Of a stretch of DNA of 64,000 nt, positions 1 through 13,331 are shown piece by piece. The DNA is from Tubiluchus corallicola. Taxonomy: Eukaryota; Animalia; Priapulida. The position numbers and the translations under genes are program-made. The notes beneath the pieces are model-generated. The model was not told the DNA's origin. It was given only the letters and a program-made list of their open reading frames with translations, and did not search any database. The stretch spans positions 248,001 through 312,000 of the forward strand of contig JAQGDQ010000176.1 in assembly GCA_030141605.1 (NCBI GenBank), in the 5' to 3' direction. Each line of letters opens with the position of its first letter. Position 1 is the first letter of the stretch.

Positions 1-1699
1 TTACCATAAATGAAAGCTGGGAGTCTTGGGCTTTTTTAAATGAAGTAGTAGGATTTTACGCAAACTTTTCTGGTGTGAAAGAACATTAAAACACCCACGA
101 GACTGGTGTGCATGAGTTAATGAAAATTTGATGTGTTGCGCCGGGTAAAATAAAACCATTAGCGTGATATTTTAAGGCTCAAATGTTATCAGTACGCTTT
201 TCCCAAATCGCTAATGTAGATATTGTGCTCGAATGTCAATTTTTTGGCAATTGCATATCACTTATGACAGCGAGATAGTATTGCAGTGCAGTAATATTAA
301 TGTGATTAGATAAATATCATACAAATCAGCGTAAGTGACTTTACTGTATGAACATAATGAAGCCTCTTCGAGACCCTAGAATAAGTCTACAAAGTGAGTT
401 TGCTGTTCAAGTTTTTACTTTTCATGAAACTATTTTTGTGTCCTAATAGTGTCCTGAAATTTGATATCATTAATTTAGCCGTCTGCTGTTGACGTACTAA
501 AGTAAACCAAGTTCTTGGTGCTATAAGGCTGTTTTTGTTAACATAGAAAGAATATCACTTTTGATAGCCTACAATAACCTGCAATAAAACATTTTTACGT
601 CCTAGAAAAATCCCGATTTTCACACCCTAGAAAAAAAACGTGCCTTTAATGCAGCAAAATGAAACTGGTCCTTGAGGTCTTAAAATGAAGACCGTCTTTA
701 GTATTGTAAAGATTCTGTAAAATGAAGCATTTCCTTTTCTTCTTAACAGAAGGTTCGCCTTTGCCAGTCAAAATGAGACCCGTATTCGACAGTATAAATC
801 TTTTACAGTGCAAGCCAGAAATTCCTAATTAAATAAAAACTGCGTCAGTTACTAACATATAATGTCTTTATAAAAATATTAGCGTGCACGTTTTGATTTC
901 CCAAGAGAATTTTTGTCACTTCCATGATCAGGTTTCATAACTTCTCACAATTACCTATAATGAATAATGTATTTCAGGATTGAAAATTTATCGTTTTTTC
1001 TGAATGTTTTTTGCTGTTGGATTTGTACAGTAAATTTTTGGAACGCTAGCACACAAAACCATGTGAAAACTATAATATACTATTCACGTGCTGGAGCTGT
1101 AAGGTTTAGATTGCAAGTTTTCCAATCTTCACTCATGTATATTTCATCCATATTGACGTGCTATTGTAAGGAAATAGTTGAAAAGGCACGTTTTCTCATC
1201 CATCAAAACGACATAAAACGCTGCTGGTTTGATATTTTATATCGTCGAAGATTCCTGCGGGGTTATTGTTGCGCTGGAGATCGTTATAGAGTGAACCATG
1301 GAGACACAGAACGTGCGACAATGTTCGTGCTACGACAAAAAAGGTCGCATATTTTATGAAGATTAAAATTTTTTGTTTAAAACTTGTACGGAAAAAATGG
1401 TGGTTTGAATTTTGGGCTGGACAGCACTTAAATTAAGGCCTTCTTTCAAAGAAAGACCGCATTATTAACTGATATCATCTGGACCGCCTGCCTGGCACAG
1501 TCATCAGGATGACAGGAAAAAGAAGCCACTAATCAGGAATAAAATAAAGGGAGGAAAATGCCAAAACCAAAAAGTGAATAATGAAAGAACAAAAAAGCAA
1601 AGACGTCTGGGAATTATTAATGTTTCGAATACGTAATTTACGTATTTTCAATTCTCCCTTAAAACCAATTGCGACTCATAGTCGTAACGTTGCTGCTCT

Positions 1700-1745
1700 G
1701 TCTCTCATTGGCTAGATGCTCAGCGTGACGTCACTTGACGCTCAG
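1700..1745 (+). promoter_or_regulatory. Probable promoter of the CUB gene: inverted CCAAT box plus full and half CRE
   Basis: ATTGG at 1707-1711, palindromic TGACGTCA at 1726-1733, TGACG at 1736-1740; followed by a putative non-coding first exon ending at a good donor CAG|GTAAT (2075/2076). Confidence 0.5.
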
Positions 1746-1759
1746 AATTTAAGCTACAC

Positions 1760-2075
1760 AGACCGCACAATAAAATAGGTAGGCTGCTGTCTTACTTACC
1801 AGCACAGTGACCGCGCTAATGATTGTAATAAATCTGTTTCCATTCATGAAGCCATCCGGCCTGCTGGACAAAGCAGTTAATGGGGAAATGCTAATCGCGG
1901 TTCAGAGTTTGAACAGATGCGTCTAGTTTTTATGATAAGGAATTATCATAAACCTCGAAAGTGAAGTGAAGATTGATAATACGTCAGTATCTTAGTGAAA
2001 TGCTGTCAAAATATTTATCGGTATAATTATTTGTTACTCAGAGGTTTGTTGTTCATTTTCGTAACACAAAAGCAG
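1760..2075 (+). other. Putative 5'UTR exon 1 of the CUB gene (start approximate)
   Basis: Downstream of the CCAAT/CRE cluster and ends in AAGCAG|GTAAT. Contains only short closed uORFs; no ATG in frame with the next exon. Confidence 0.35.
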
Positions 2076-2464
2076 GTAATTTACAATTCTATTATACTGT
2101 ATATACTACTTATACTCTACTATACTGTATTGGCTTTCGTTGCAAGTAGCATTTCTACCCAGTAAGTGAATTTTTATGGAACATAGGCTCTAATTTGTAG
2201 TTATTGACAAAAAATATTTTCTGCACTAGACCGACCAAATTTAAGCGCTTTGTTTTTTATTTCAGTGCTAGAATTTCTGATAGCTGCAACATATTAACAA
2301 ATTTGTGCTACAGCGACATAAATCATGCAATGTTTTCTGTAAGCGACTTTCAGGCAAGAAATTTTAAGTCACTCTACACTTATATTTTTTCAAATTACGT
2401 GTAATGTAAAAAATAATAGTATTGATTTGATTATTCAAATGTAACCTGTGTGCAATTCACTTAT

Positions 2465-2895
2465 AGTTACTTCGTTCATTAATTTTGAACAAGTAATTTT
2501 GTGAGTTGTCACTAAGAATTACGAGCATTGATAGTTTGGATGATAAGCAGCCTAAGTCTCAATGACTTAAACAATCCATTAATTCAGTAAAAGTTATCTC
2601 ATTCGTTAATTTCACACTAAGTCGATAAGAATTACCAGCACTGATGTTTGGCATGATAAGTGGCTTAAACTTTAGTCTCTAATGGTTCACTAATGTTCCT
2701 TTGTTACTTTCGTAGTATATCATTAAGAATTACGAGAACCGATAGTTGGCGTGATAAGCAGACTAATCCTCTAGGTGCTAAACACTAATTCAGTTTTAGT
2801 TGCTTCATTCGTTAATTTCAACAATAATGGGCTTTGACAGTTGGGATGATAAGCAGCCCAATCCTCAAGGTGCTAAACGTTTATTAAGAATTAAA
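2465..2895. repeat. Degenerate tandem repeat, 4 copies of ~100-110 bp
   Basis: Core (T/G)TTGG..TGATAAGCAG.CTAA..CTC.A.G..CTAAAC recurs at ~2535, ~2647, ~2744 and ~2840. Confidence 0.75.
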
Positions 2896-3463
2896 AGATC
2901 AATCGTACTGAAGAGAAGAATAATTAATAACATTGCGTGCTGGTCCAGTGCTCTGCCATATCATCGACACGGTAGACTAAGTTGTTTTTCTTTATTGATT
3001 ACTGAAACAGTCTGCCTCCTGCCGACTCGAGTAAACTCATCTTGGCAAGCGGAAATTTCATTTACCGCGGCTAACACGGACAGAATAAGTAAAGAAAACA
3101 AAAGCTCAGCAGCTTCAGGAAGACAGACTGGACTAGGTGAGGTTGTGAAAGTCGGCACGAGTCAATAATCATAATAACTGCTTGTTGTTTTTCTACTCCT
3201 TCGAGCGGTGGAATATCACAATTGCTCGTACGGATGAGCAGCTGATATCGAGCTGCTACTGTTTGTTATGATTTGGCTTTCTGGCTTCTCGTTTGTTTAT
3301 GGAGTAAAGAAATGTATGCTCAAAATCAAAATCAGTGGCTTTTAACAGGCAGTGTAAAGCCTTGCCTTTATAGTTTGCGAATGTTGTCGTAATTCTTACA
3401 TTAGGACACAGAAAACACAGCCCTATTAAAGCAAAGTGAAAATATGAATGGGAGAGATTTCTG

Positions 3464-3465
<2 letters not shown>

Positions 3466-3549
<84 letters not shown>

Positions 3550-3600
3550 GCGTGCGTGAGTGCATGCGTGTGTGTGTGTGTTCGTGCGTGTGTGTGTGTG
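3466..3600. repeat. (TG)n microsatellite
   Basis: Direct; accounts for the spurious THTH/CVCV ORFs. Confidence 0.98.
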
Positions 3601-4253
3601 CGGGTGTATGTGCGGGTGCATGGGTGAGTGGGGGCCGGCGGGTGTAACAAGAAAAATGTACGATTGAACACTTTCATGTAAATATAACCTTAAATCGTCT
3701 TTATCTTGTGTAGTTCTGGGATTTCCAATAGCTGTAGTCATCAATCAAGATCTCTGATTGCATTAAGCGATGGTGTTAGCTGCTAACAAGCGTTCGGCTC
3801 GCGACCGAGTGATGTGTCAACACCAAGTGCACTGTCTTCATTAATATACGATATTATTCCAGCAGCTCGACATTTTCTATAGATATTGGCAGTTCGTGTT
3901 GGATTGGAAGTTAACACTATTCACTGGCTTGCGTACCGTGTAGGCAGTAATTGGCTTAACGAAGCCTCAAAGTTGGCTATATAGCAATGTGGACATTGAC
4001 ACGAGCCAGCGTCTCTACCTGTCCTAGATATTAATTCATTTATTTGTATCAACAGCTGTTGTGTGTCGAATGACGAGCTAATTATGACTGGTTTGACTGT
4101 GCTAATATCATTGTAAGAAAACATAATAACTGCCCGGCTTTAGTGTGAAATAACGTCTTCTTTACATGAAGAAATAATGGTGAACAGGACTAGGTGAGAA
4201 CCAGAACTTACTTTGGCCACACTCTTTGACGTCAGTACACTTGCCTTTAGAGA

Positions 4254-4392
4254 ATGAGGAGTAGAAGCGACGTCTTCATAGATGTTAGCTGTATGACTTC
4301 TTCGAGAATAAGGCTGGTCTCCTGGCCAGGACTTCTTTTAGCTTTCCTCAATCTCCTGACTGTGATAGCCAAGCAATTGGGCGTGAACCAAG
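4254..4392 (+). CDS. CUB-domain protein, first coding exon (signal peptide)
   Basis: Acceptor TTGCCTTTAG (4250), ATG 4254 (second in-frame ATG 4293), reads MRSRSDVFIDVSCMTSSRIRLVSWPGLLLAFLNLLTVIAKQLGVNQ, donor G|GTAAAT in phase 1, compatible with the downstream exons. Confidence 0.75.
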
Positions 4393-5979
4393 GTAAATAG
4401 CAGTTGTTATTTATCATTTTATTACTTTTTGACCGAGTATTTGTAAGAAAGTACAAAGCTCTAATTGGATGTCTATTTAAACTGTTAAGTGTAAAATTCA
4501 TGATCCTTATTATGTGCATGGCCTTATAGGAGACATGTTACATACAGATCTGCATAAGCTGTTGCTTAAATGGATCAAAGCGGCCAATAACGTTTTCACT
4601 GTTTTACTAGAACGCAGAGTTCTCAAACCAAATGACATTTTTTAATGTAGCCTTTTAGTGCTTATTAAATTAATTACACAAGAAGTCACTTACACATAGA
4701 AAGCATGTGTTGTGACATAAAAATATTCAGTCTACTCTTACTTTAGGAGTTTAATACTTGAATAAAAAAGCTTGGGCAGTATTTTTAGTAATTCATTCCT
4801 TTTGAAGTTACGCCAAGTGCTTGTTTTTAATAACTGTCACATATACACTAAAAGAAGCTGTACGTCCAAAAGTATGCAATCATGCCCAATCATGCTTTCT
4901 ATGTCATATTATACCGTTCACACAACTTACTATGTGTTATCTGCATCACATATAAAATGAACAGTTAGCATTATTAGAAAAATGACTAAATTATTAAAAA
5001 TGTTGCCTAAAACCGATCTGTATATTTGAGACCTTAAATGACACATCTGGCAATCTGGTGCATTATCTTTCTCTACTCGACTTAATTTTGATTCATTATA
5101 AGAGATCTCTTTTGTAGTAATTCGAGGATACTCAAAGGATTCTTTGAATACAAACAAGATAATTAAGTCATATCTATGCTTCATTTTTCTCAGTTTTAAA
5201 TACGAACGTTTAACTAATTGTACTCATCAAGCATATTTAATCAGCTGTAGCTTCTATAGCTACACGTCGCGTTATTAACATGTTACTGATTTTCGCTGTT
5301 GTAAGCAAAAAATCACTTGCGTTGCTTGCAGCTGAGTGCCTCTTCTACAAGATAAAGTTTGATTAATTCGGCACGCAACGTTGTGGGAAATTATTAGCGT
5401 TATTAGCGTAAAGATACCTCACTTTGGCTTTAATTATGTAGGTTTTTTCAAGTAAATTGTACATACATAATTAGAATTTTGAGTGAGGAGATATAAAAAA
5501 ACTGTTTTTGTTGCTATAGTTTTTGCAGAGCACCTTTTTATTGGTGTATTACGTTGACCATTCGGATAACCATTTACAATAGTGAGGAAGAGTCAGTAAG
5601 GTTTCAAAATGATTTACTTTTATTTTTACATTTTATTGTATACATCATGAAAAAGTGGTTGTTTAAGCTGCTATTCGAAACACTCAAATTAATTTTGAAA
5701 TCATTTATTTAATTTTATAGTTCAAATTTGTAGCTGTAAAAAGTCACTAACGCTAACTATTTGCTTATGGTAACAAAAAGATGAGAAACTTCAAGAGACG
5801 AAACTTCGTACCATTAAATACTGTTGTGACAATATGAACTGTGTTGTTGGCAAGGCAATTATGGATCACTCCTGCAAAATTTCGTTAGAGAAGTCATTGC
5901 GTCACACCTTCTGGTTCAAACCTAGATTCAATCAGCTAGGCAGCCTTTCAAAAACCTTCACCTGACCAGCCACCCTAGC

Positions 5980-6210
5980 TCACCAATCAATCAAATGATC
6001 GAGCAAATAACCAAATGACCGATCAACGAATCATTAAACAAATCATTCAGCCAAATAAATCAGCAATCCATCACTCAGTCACCTATCAACTGACCGATCA
6101 GACAACCAACACCAACCAGCCAGCCAACCAATAGTCAACTAACCAATCTACCAACAAACACATAAACAAACAAACAAGTAAACTAAACCAGCCATCTGAC
6201 AAACCGCTCT
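5980..6210. repeat. Degenerate tetranucleotide (CAAA/CCAA/CAGC) low-complexity tract
   Basis: Direct inspection. Confidence 0.7.
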
Positions 6211-8232
6211 ATCATCTAACAGCAATAGGCGACCCACAAACGAAATAAAATGCATTTATCCATTTGTATTGGAAACAACGAAAGAGACGGAAAGGCTAAA
6301 TGAGGGTAAATCCAATCGTTGACATTCAGAAGCCATAGTTAGAAAATGACTAGTTTTGCTGCGGGGGAACGTAGCAAGTTAATAGAAAAATAATGTTTTC
6401 GGTTTCTTGTTAAGTTGTGAAAGTGTTATTCTGAGAGCAGGAAAAACGCAATTCCCGTGCTAAACTTCTCTTTTGCATTTTCTCTGCGTTGGACGGGCAA
6501 GTCACAGTGGAGTTTGCTGCAATTACGGAAGCAATTCGGTTACGGCTGCTGCTGCTGCAGCATGGCGATTTTACGCAGTTCCTGTGGGATTATAGTGATT
6601 AGAAAATAGCCGCTTCATGGTCAGAAGAGGCTCGACAAAATTGATCTGCCTACGTCGTGACTTGTAACATAATAGATGATCGAATGTCATCATTGCTTGA
6701 CAATGGCATCATAAAATGTGGTGCGCCGTTAATCATAGAAACAGCGAGTAGAGGATAAGAGCACGAGCATTGATTCTTGCCTTGGTGAAGTGTTCAATTG
6801 CAATCTTATATGTGTGCTAGAATTGCAAGTTCTCATTTGGCAAGTCTGTTTTAGGCTCGATCGGTGTAGCTTGTCAACTGTAGTTAACTAAACTGATAAA
6901 ACGGCAGACATTTCTTTAATAAACCAAATATCTGATCAAAAGGACCATACTTTTACCGAGAAAGTGTCCAAGAGTTAGCTAAATTTAAGTGGGCATCTGA
7001 TTATATGGGTAGATTGTTCGTTTCATTGACGAAACACGAAGGAATAAATTAGCAAACAAACGAACAAATGTTTCAAATGAAAAGGTGAATGAATGAACAA
7101 ACGAATAAAAGTACGAACGAGTAAACATAGAATAAGTCATTAAATGATGATGATTTCGATGACGACCTCGACTATGATGATGAGGAGGAGCAGAAAGAAA
7201 GGAAGCATTTTGACCTTTTTTTACAATGCATCGTGGGGAATTACTTTCTTTCCTCCATTACAAAACAATCACCAGACGAAACGGTTTAGTTCTTATATTT
7301 ATAGATTTTTCCAGATAGTACCATCTAAACTGCATGACGAAACATGGGCGTACAGCGGCAGGCAACACTGCTTTTGTGCAAAATTCCTTAAACGATATTG
7401 GAATTCGTAACTTGCACTGTATTAATACATAAGCAATTCTCTCTTACATGTATTAATGAGTACAAAACGCGTTTTAGGAAAATTTCTTCCATAAAATACA
7501 ATACTAATTTGTTAAGGAGTTTTGTTTTGAGGTGTTGCGTATCCAATGTTTCCTGACTTCGTGACTGGTGGTTTCTTGTATCAGTCTATCATTTCTCCGC
7601 TTTCATGTTCGAATTATGTGTGTTGACCTTCTGTCAACCTTGCCTTTCTACTTGTTCTAGTTTCCTCTTGCTCATTTTGTTCCTCTAATTGCTTGATCAG
7701 GTAGTAATAGACCAGTACATTTGTGTTAGTTATGTATGGCAGTTTAGCTCCCACATGTCATTAGCCAGCGGCAGCATGGGACGGAGAAAATTAGAATTTC
7801 TGTAGGAACTTATAGATGGCTTCTGTCACCAACACTTGTGCGAATTACGCGTAAAAGTGGAGGGATTTTGTCAAGGATCGCGTATGTTGACATCGAGAGG
7901 TTTATCCAATGCATTACAAGTTGTTTGAATGGTCACAGCGGCGTCTCGCTTATATTTTAGTATGGTGAAATCTGCATGAACACGCAGTTATGATATATCA
8001 AACGCTATGACAAAAATACAGTTTAGTAACTGAATACTGGAAAACAACATTGAAAACATTTTGACTAAATATTATCCTTTTCTTTCCATATTCCAATTTA
8101 CATATAATAATAGCAATGCATGGACCTACATTCTTGTTTAATTTACCTATCTATTTTTAGAGGACAAGAAATCATGACCGAGATTGGTTTGTCACGTTTA
8201 AGATAAAAAAGTCAAAGTCAAACGGTCACATG

Positions 8233-8735
8233 GAATGCCATACGTCATACATCCTTTCCCCCCTTTCACCATATTTACAATCGTCCTGCCCAGCCGCAGA
8301 ACTACCTACTGACAGACTAGAGCAAATAAGACTCATACATTCCACCTAATGTGTCACTATAAACTTTTTCCACAGTAATCTTAATATAACGTGACTATGC
8401 TCAACAGGTTACTGAACACTTTATAATCATGATCACAGTTTTCTTAGTTCTCGCTCCATTTCATCTTTCATTCACTACTCCCCCCCCCCACTTTTATATA
8501 TATTATCATTATTTCAATTATTAATCATTTTTTAAGATCTCCACGTACAGTTTGGCCTGTCAAGCTATGCTTCTAGGGTCAAACTGTATGCATTCTGTAA
8601 TGTAATTTGCACATGTATATGCTGCACTTTCTCGATAATACTGCATTTATTTATATTTATATTTATATTAACCTAAATGGATAATTATGTGTATTTTAAC
8701 AATTGTAAGATGCAATGTGGAAATGAATAAACTCT
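8233..8735 (+). mobile_element. Probable degraded LINE 3' end (L2/CR1 group) with UTR
   Basis: Translates to ...HP....I...LPSRRTTY*QTRANKT..., resembling the post-RT C-terminus of such elements; AT-rich tail with AATAAA near 8726. Confidence 0.3.
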
Positions 8736-9712
8736 TGAAAGAAAATCTTTAATTTTTATTGGGCTTCATTCCAAAGCTTAATTTCTCGGAATTTGAGTGA
8801 GTTCTACTTTGCGCCATCGTCTATTAAAAATATTAATTTCTACTAGATAATCCCACCTTGTTTAAGGTACGTTAAAAAACCCAGGACTCCTGTCAGAAAC
8901 GCATTAGTTTTCTTAAGCAACGGTTTGATGTCCGAGTATTGATTGCACTCGTTTTTACAAAATCGCGGGAAATACTTTTATTATTAATGCAACAGTTCTT
9001 TGCTAAAAAGTTGTCCCAATAAGCGATTTTGACGTTAACTTCGCTTTTGAGTCTTTTGTTATTTGTTTAACTGACAGTTTAGAGGCGGCAGCGCAGAGAA
9101 TTGTATTCGAGATTAGTACCAACGCAACCTACGAAAATGATCCATTAGGCATAAGAAACAACGAAAATTTTAAAACTGTTTCATTCTTGCACGAACAATT
9201 TTATCTGAGTGCGTCTAACCCTCTGGGATATTTAGTAGCAGACGATCTATTTTTAACCTAAACAGTATAAATTGTTAATCACTATGGGCTGCAGTACTCG
9301 CAGTACGCACACTGATTCACAATGATGGCTATGAGAAAACGAAGCCACAGTTAAAACAACTTCACAATTTTTGTTTACAAAAAGTTGGTCCTTCATGTTA
9401 TTCAGGTTAAAAGCCTGTGAACTAAGGAGCGGCTAAACAAAAACACCCATTGCAATTGACCGTAAAATCTAGGTAATATCAGAAAGAAAATGATGCTCGT
9501 AAAGAATCAGTCACTTTTTTCGATTTTTTTCTATAAAATATTTTCTAGTGATAGAAATAGTTACAAAATATTTAAAACAGCTAATTTATGAAGAAAACTT
9601 GCAAGGCTTGCATATTTGCATATTTTCTTCTTACATCCAGTAAGAATGGCATCACTCTCACAACAATTGGCCAAACAGCTAATTAATTGAAGAAGCTAGT
9701 GATCAAAAATTG

Positions 9713-9784
9713 TGAGTCAACCAGGATTTGAACTGAGAGCGTATGCTCTCATGGCATATCCTTTACCACCTAAGCAACTGATTT
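9713..9784 (-). pseudogene. tRNA-like sequence (pseudo-tRNA/SINE-like head) in an interspersed repeat
   Basis: Minus strand: A-box-like TTGCTTAGGTGG, anticodon-like stem-loop TATGC-CATGAGA-GCATA, B-box GTTCAAATCC. Acceptor and T stems are mismatched and position 33 is not U, so not a functional tRNA. Confidence 0.6.
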
Positions 9785-11149
9785 AACATGGTAAAGCTGA
9801 ACTGAGATTTCACTGCTCTTCACAGTTAGTTAGAGCCACTTATCCGCTTCTAATCATATATCATAACACTTGAATACACTCAACAGTGGAAGTTGGCTTA
9901 TAAGCCTCTGCGCCTTTCTGTAAGCTAACTTTTGTTACACGCTGCCTTAACTGTTCATATACTGGGAGAGGAAAAAAATGTGACGCTAAACAGTGATGTT
10001 AAAAATTTCTCAATCATCCAATATTTGGGAATTTCCTGACTTGACCATGTAATTTTCTGAACTTATCTCTCAATAATGAAACCAAATATATATCTAATGC
10101 ATATAGATTATAAAAAGCCTAGATCACTATTTCAAGTTGCTCAGTCGGTACGGCCTTAACTTTTCGTCAAGGCAAATGCTTTCACCCATTCGCCAAGCCT
10201 TGCTTGTCAGCAGGTACCACATTGTTCATATTTTTTTTATGTTGAGCTTGCTGTTTTGAATAACGATTCAATGTCGACTCGCTATCACATTTATCAAAAC
10301 TATGGATTAAGGTTTTGTAACATTGTACGATCATTTGAGCACATGTTGACAGAATCCGTGCCATCTTCTGCAAATGCATCTTACTACTAGAAACTAAGAC
10401 TAGAAACTACTAGAGACTTAAAACTAGAAATATAAGTTTGCTTTTATTCATAAAATTCTAAATTAGTGCTTTTTCGGAAACCTTTTCAGAGTTTATAGGC
10501 GAAATTACTGATTTGGAATTTTAACATTTTCGCCCAAAAATTGACTAAATCGAAACGTAAGGCGAAACTTTGAGTTTCACTTTCGCTGAAACATAAAAAA
10601 TTGCTACATTATTCGCTTTTTATCTTGAGAGAAACGTTGATTTTTGGGTCACCAGGTCGTGCAATATTCTGTACATTGTCTTTAGTATTTGGCTATTTGT
10701 CAGAACTTTTGTTTTCACTGTAGTGCTGCGACTTGAATGAAGGGGAGTTTTCATTAATATTGATCTGACTGTGTATAAATCATAGTAATCCCCCGTTCCT
10801 GCATGATAAATGGAGGCTCTCGGCAGTCTTCTAGCCATTTTACCTCTTTGTAATGCCAGTTTCTGCGCGTGCTTTTTAAGATAAGAGCCTCTTTTATGGA
10901 TGACGCAACAGAATTACCAACATATACTGTAGAAATTGACCTTGGTTGCGAAAATATGTTTAACAGTCTTATTAAACAAAGTATTGCTACGACATCACCT
11001 GAACTATGTAGCCTTTGTTTTCACAAAAGAGACAGACACCGTAAAAATGCTCAATCTGTAATTCCTGCTATGCGAGTCGGATACAGGTTAAGTTAACCAG
11101 CTGACACTGATTATCAAAAAGGCACGAGAAGACTGGCGGTCATAGACAG

Positions 11150-11516
<367 letters not shown>

Positions 11517-13310
11517 GAAAAGTAGCCTGCAACAGTTACTACTTAACTTAGTGGTTGTTCTACAGCTAATGGGTTGTGATAGACTGAATGTAATTTGGGC
11601 AATTGTACGTCAAGCATCGTTTTCCATTTTAGGCAAACTTTTGCTATACCTCCGGGTTGATCATTAACCCATTACATTAGAAATTAGTGTCCCATGTGAG
11701 ATCTGTAGACTCCTTAGGCCAAACTCATTAAACCGGCATTACAGATTGTACACGTGTTGCAAGCACGCTGACGTCGTATGTCCTGCATTTTTTTTGCACA
11801 AAAGTTAATTTAGTCGGCTAATCTACCAATTTTCATTTTCATCTACATACATTTATGATTATCATTCGAGATGTCATTGCTTTAGCCTGTAGGGAAGTGG
11901 TCTTCTTTCTTATTCTCTTAATTTTAATTAAAGTGGTTTTGAATCAATGATCACGAATTATTGGGAGTCACGGAATTGGGAATGTATTGGAAAGAAAGTT
12001 TTTTTGTCAGTACATGACAAGTTTTATAGTTAGGTGAATCCTTTTGCACGACTTAAATTCTTAGAAAAACTGTTCAAAAACAAGTAAGGTTCAAACAGAA
12101 GACTGTTAAAATAAGTCAAATAAATTTTAAAATTAAAAAGTCAATGGTAAAGCAGCTATAGCTTCTAGTCAGCAGAAACGCTTCCTGCTAGCCTTCTTAT
12201 TTTTAGCACCGCCTCTTCCTTACAACGTACGTAATGCAGTTCTAGGCAATGCATGGAAATTGCATATAAGTAAAAAAACCAGTTTATTGGATGCACTTCC
12301 GAGACATTATTGCTTTATCAGGGAAAAACACAAAGACGTTTAATGTTTTTCAAGTTGCCGATATTTCTGATCGGTATTTAAAAGATTTTACGTGAGAGAA
12401 ATCAATTTGAGAACGCATACGGCCAATCAGTTAGACGACCAGGACTTTGATTTAAAGAATTATAAAATTTAATATTTTTTGTATTTCAAAATGGTAATAT
12501 TGGTTACAGCTAGTAAAATGTATGGAAAAAAGGAGCAAGCTGTGATTTACAAACTATGAATAGTGTGGCCAATATTTGATTTATCACACCAGTGACAACT
12601 GAATTTATAACTATAGCCTGAACTTGATTTTTGGTTTTTCGCGACAGACGTATTAGTATGAAAAAATTAGATTTTAGCACTAATAAACATTAGTTTGACA
12701 AAACTACTTGAAAAAAATTGTAATTGCGGGATCTTGTTATAGCGGGATTGCGGCTGTAATGAAGGCAAGTTCCCAAATTTAAGGTTAGGCTTTTCTTGAG
12801 CATCATTTCAAATTCGTCATGAGCAAATTTGATACGGCTGTGATAATACTGTACCAAATAGGGAAGGGGTTATCCCTTTCGTGAAATTTCGGCATATACT
12901 TTTAATCATAAAATAACCGACAAAGTAGTCAATTGATGACTACAAAATAGTTGTAGGCAATCCTTATCCGACTTTCTGGAAATTGAAATTTCCGTTCGGA
13001 AAACTGCTCCCTGTTTTGTAAATCAAGGAAACCGCTTATCTACCTTGTATGCAGGTCGCGTAGAGAAAACTGTCTATCTTTGCGGAAAACTAAACAGGTA
13101 AAGAAGATAGCTGGAAGGATTAAACATATCATAAGAGTGCAGTTCTGTAATCATTTCTTTTGAAGCCATGCAACTGAGTGTCCAAAGCATAGCACTGTTG
13201 TGCTACGGTGATGTTATCAAATCTTCTATAAAACTGTTATCGTCCTTTAATTTTTCCAAGCCTTATATTCTGCATCACCGTTTTTATTTAGCCCACCTTT
13301 TTCCTCTCAG

Positions 13311-13331
13311 GAGACAGCATATCACAGAGCA
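13311..13331 (+). CDS. Candidate 21-nt micro-exon of the CUB gene (GDSISQS)
   Basis: Strong acceptor CCCACCTTTTTCCTCTCAG and donor A|GTAAGA; phase 1-1, open frame linking the signal exon to CUB1. Confidence 0.5.

Noticed and set aside
967-1359. 130-aa ORF upstream of the CUB promoter
   Set aside because: No recognisable domain, composition not coding-like, no supporting exon structure.
3256-3744. ORFs over microsatellites (also 11248-11518, 36148-36579, 38286-38705, 47900-48155, 60832-61059)
   Set aside because: Open only because simple repeats lack stop codons; no splice or domain evidence.
9713-9784. Functional tRNA-Ser(TGA)
   Set aside because: Acceptor and T stems are mismatched and U33 is absent; treated as a pseudo-tRNA in a repeat.
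10182-11096. Short ORFs as possible hAT transposase remnants
   Set aside because: No convincing catalytic or dimerisation motif could be read in any frame.
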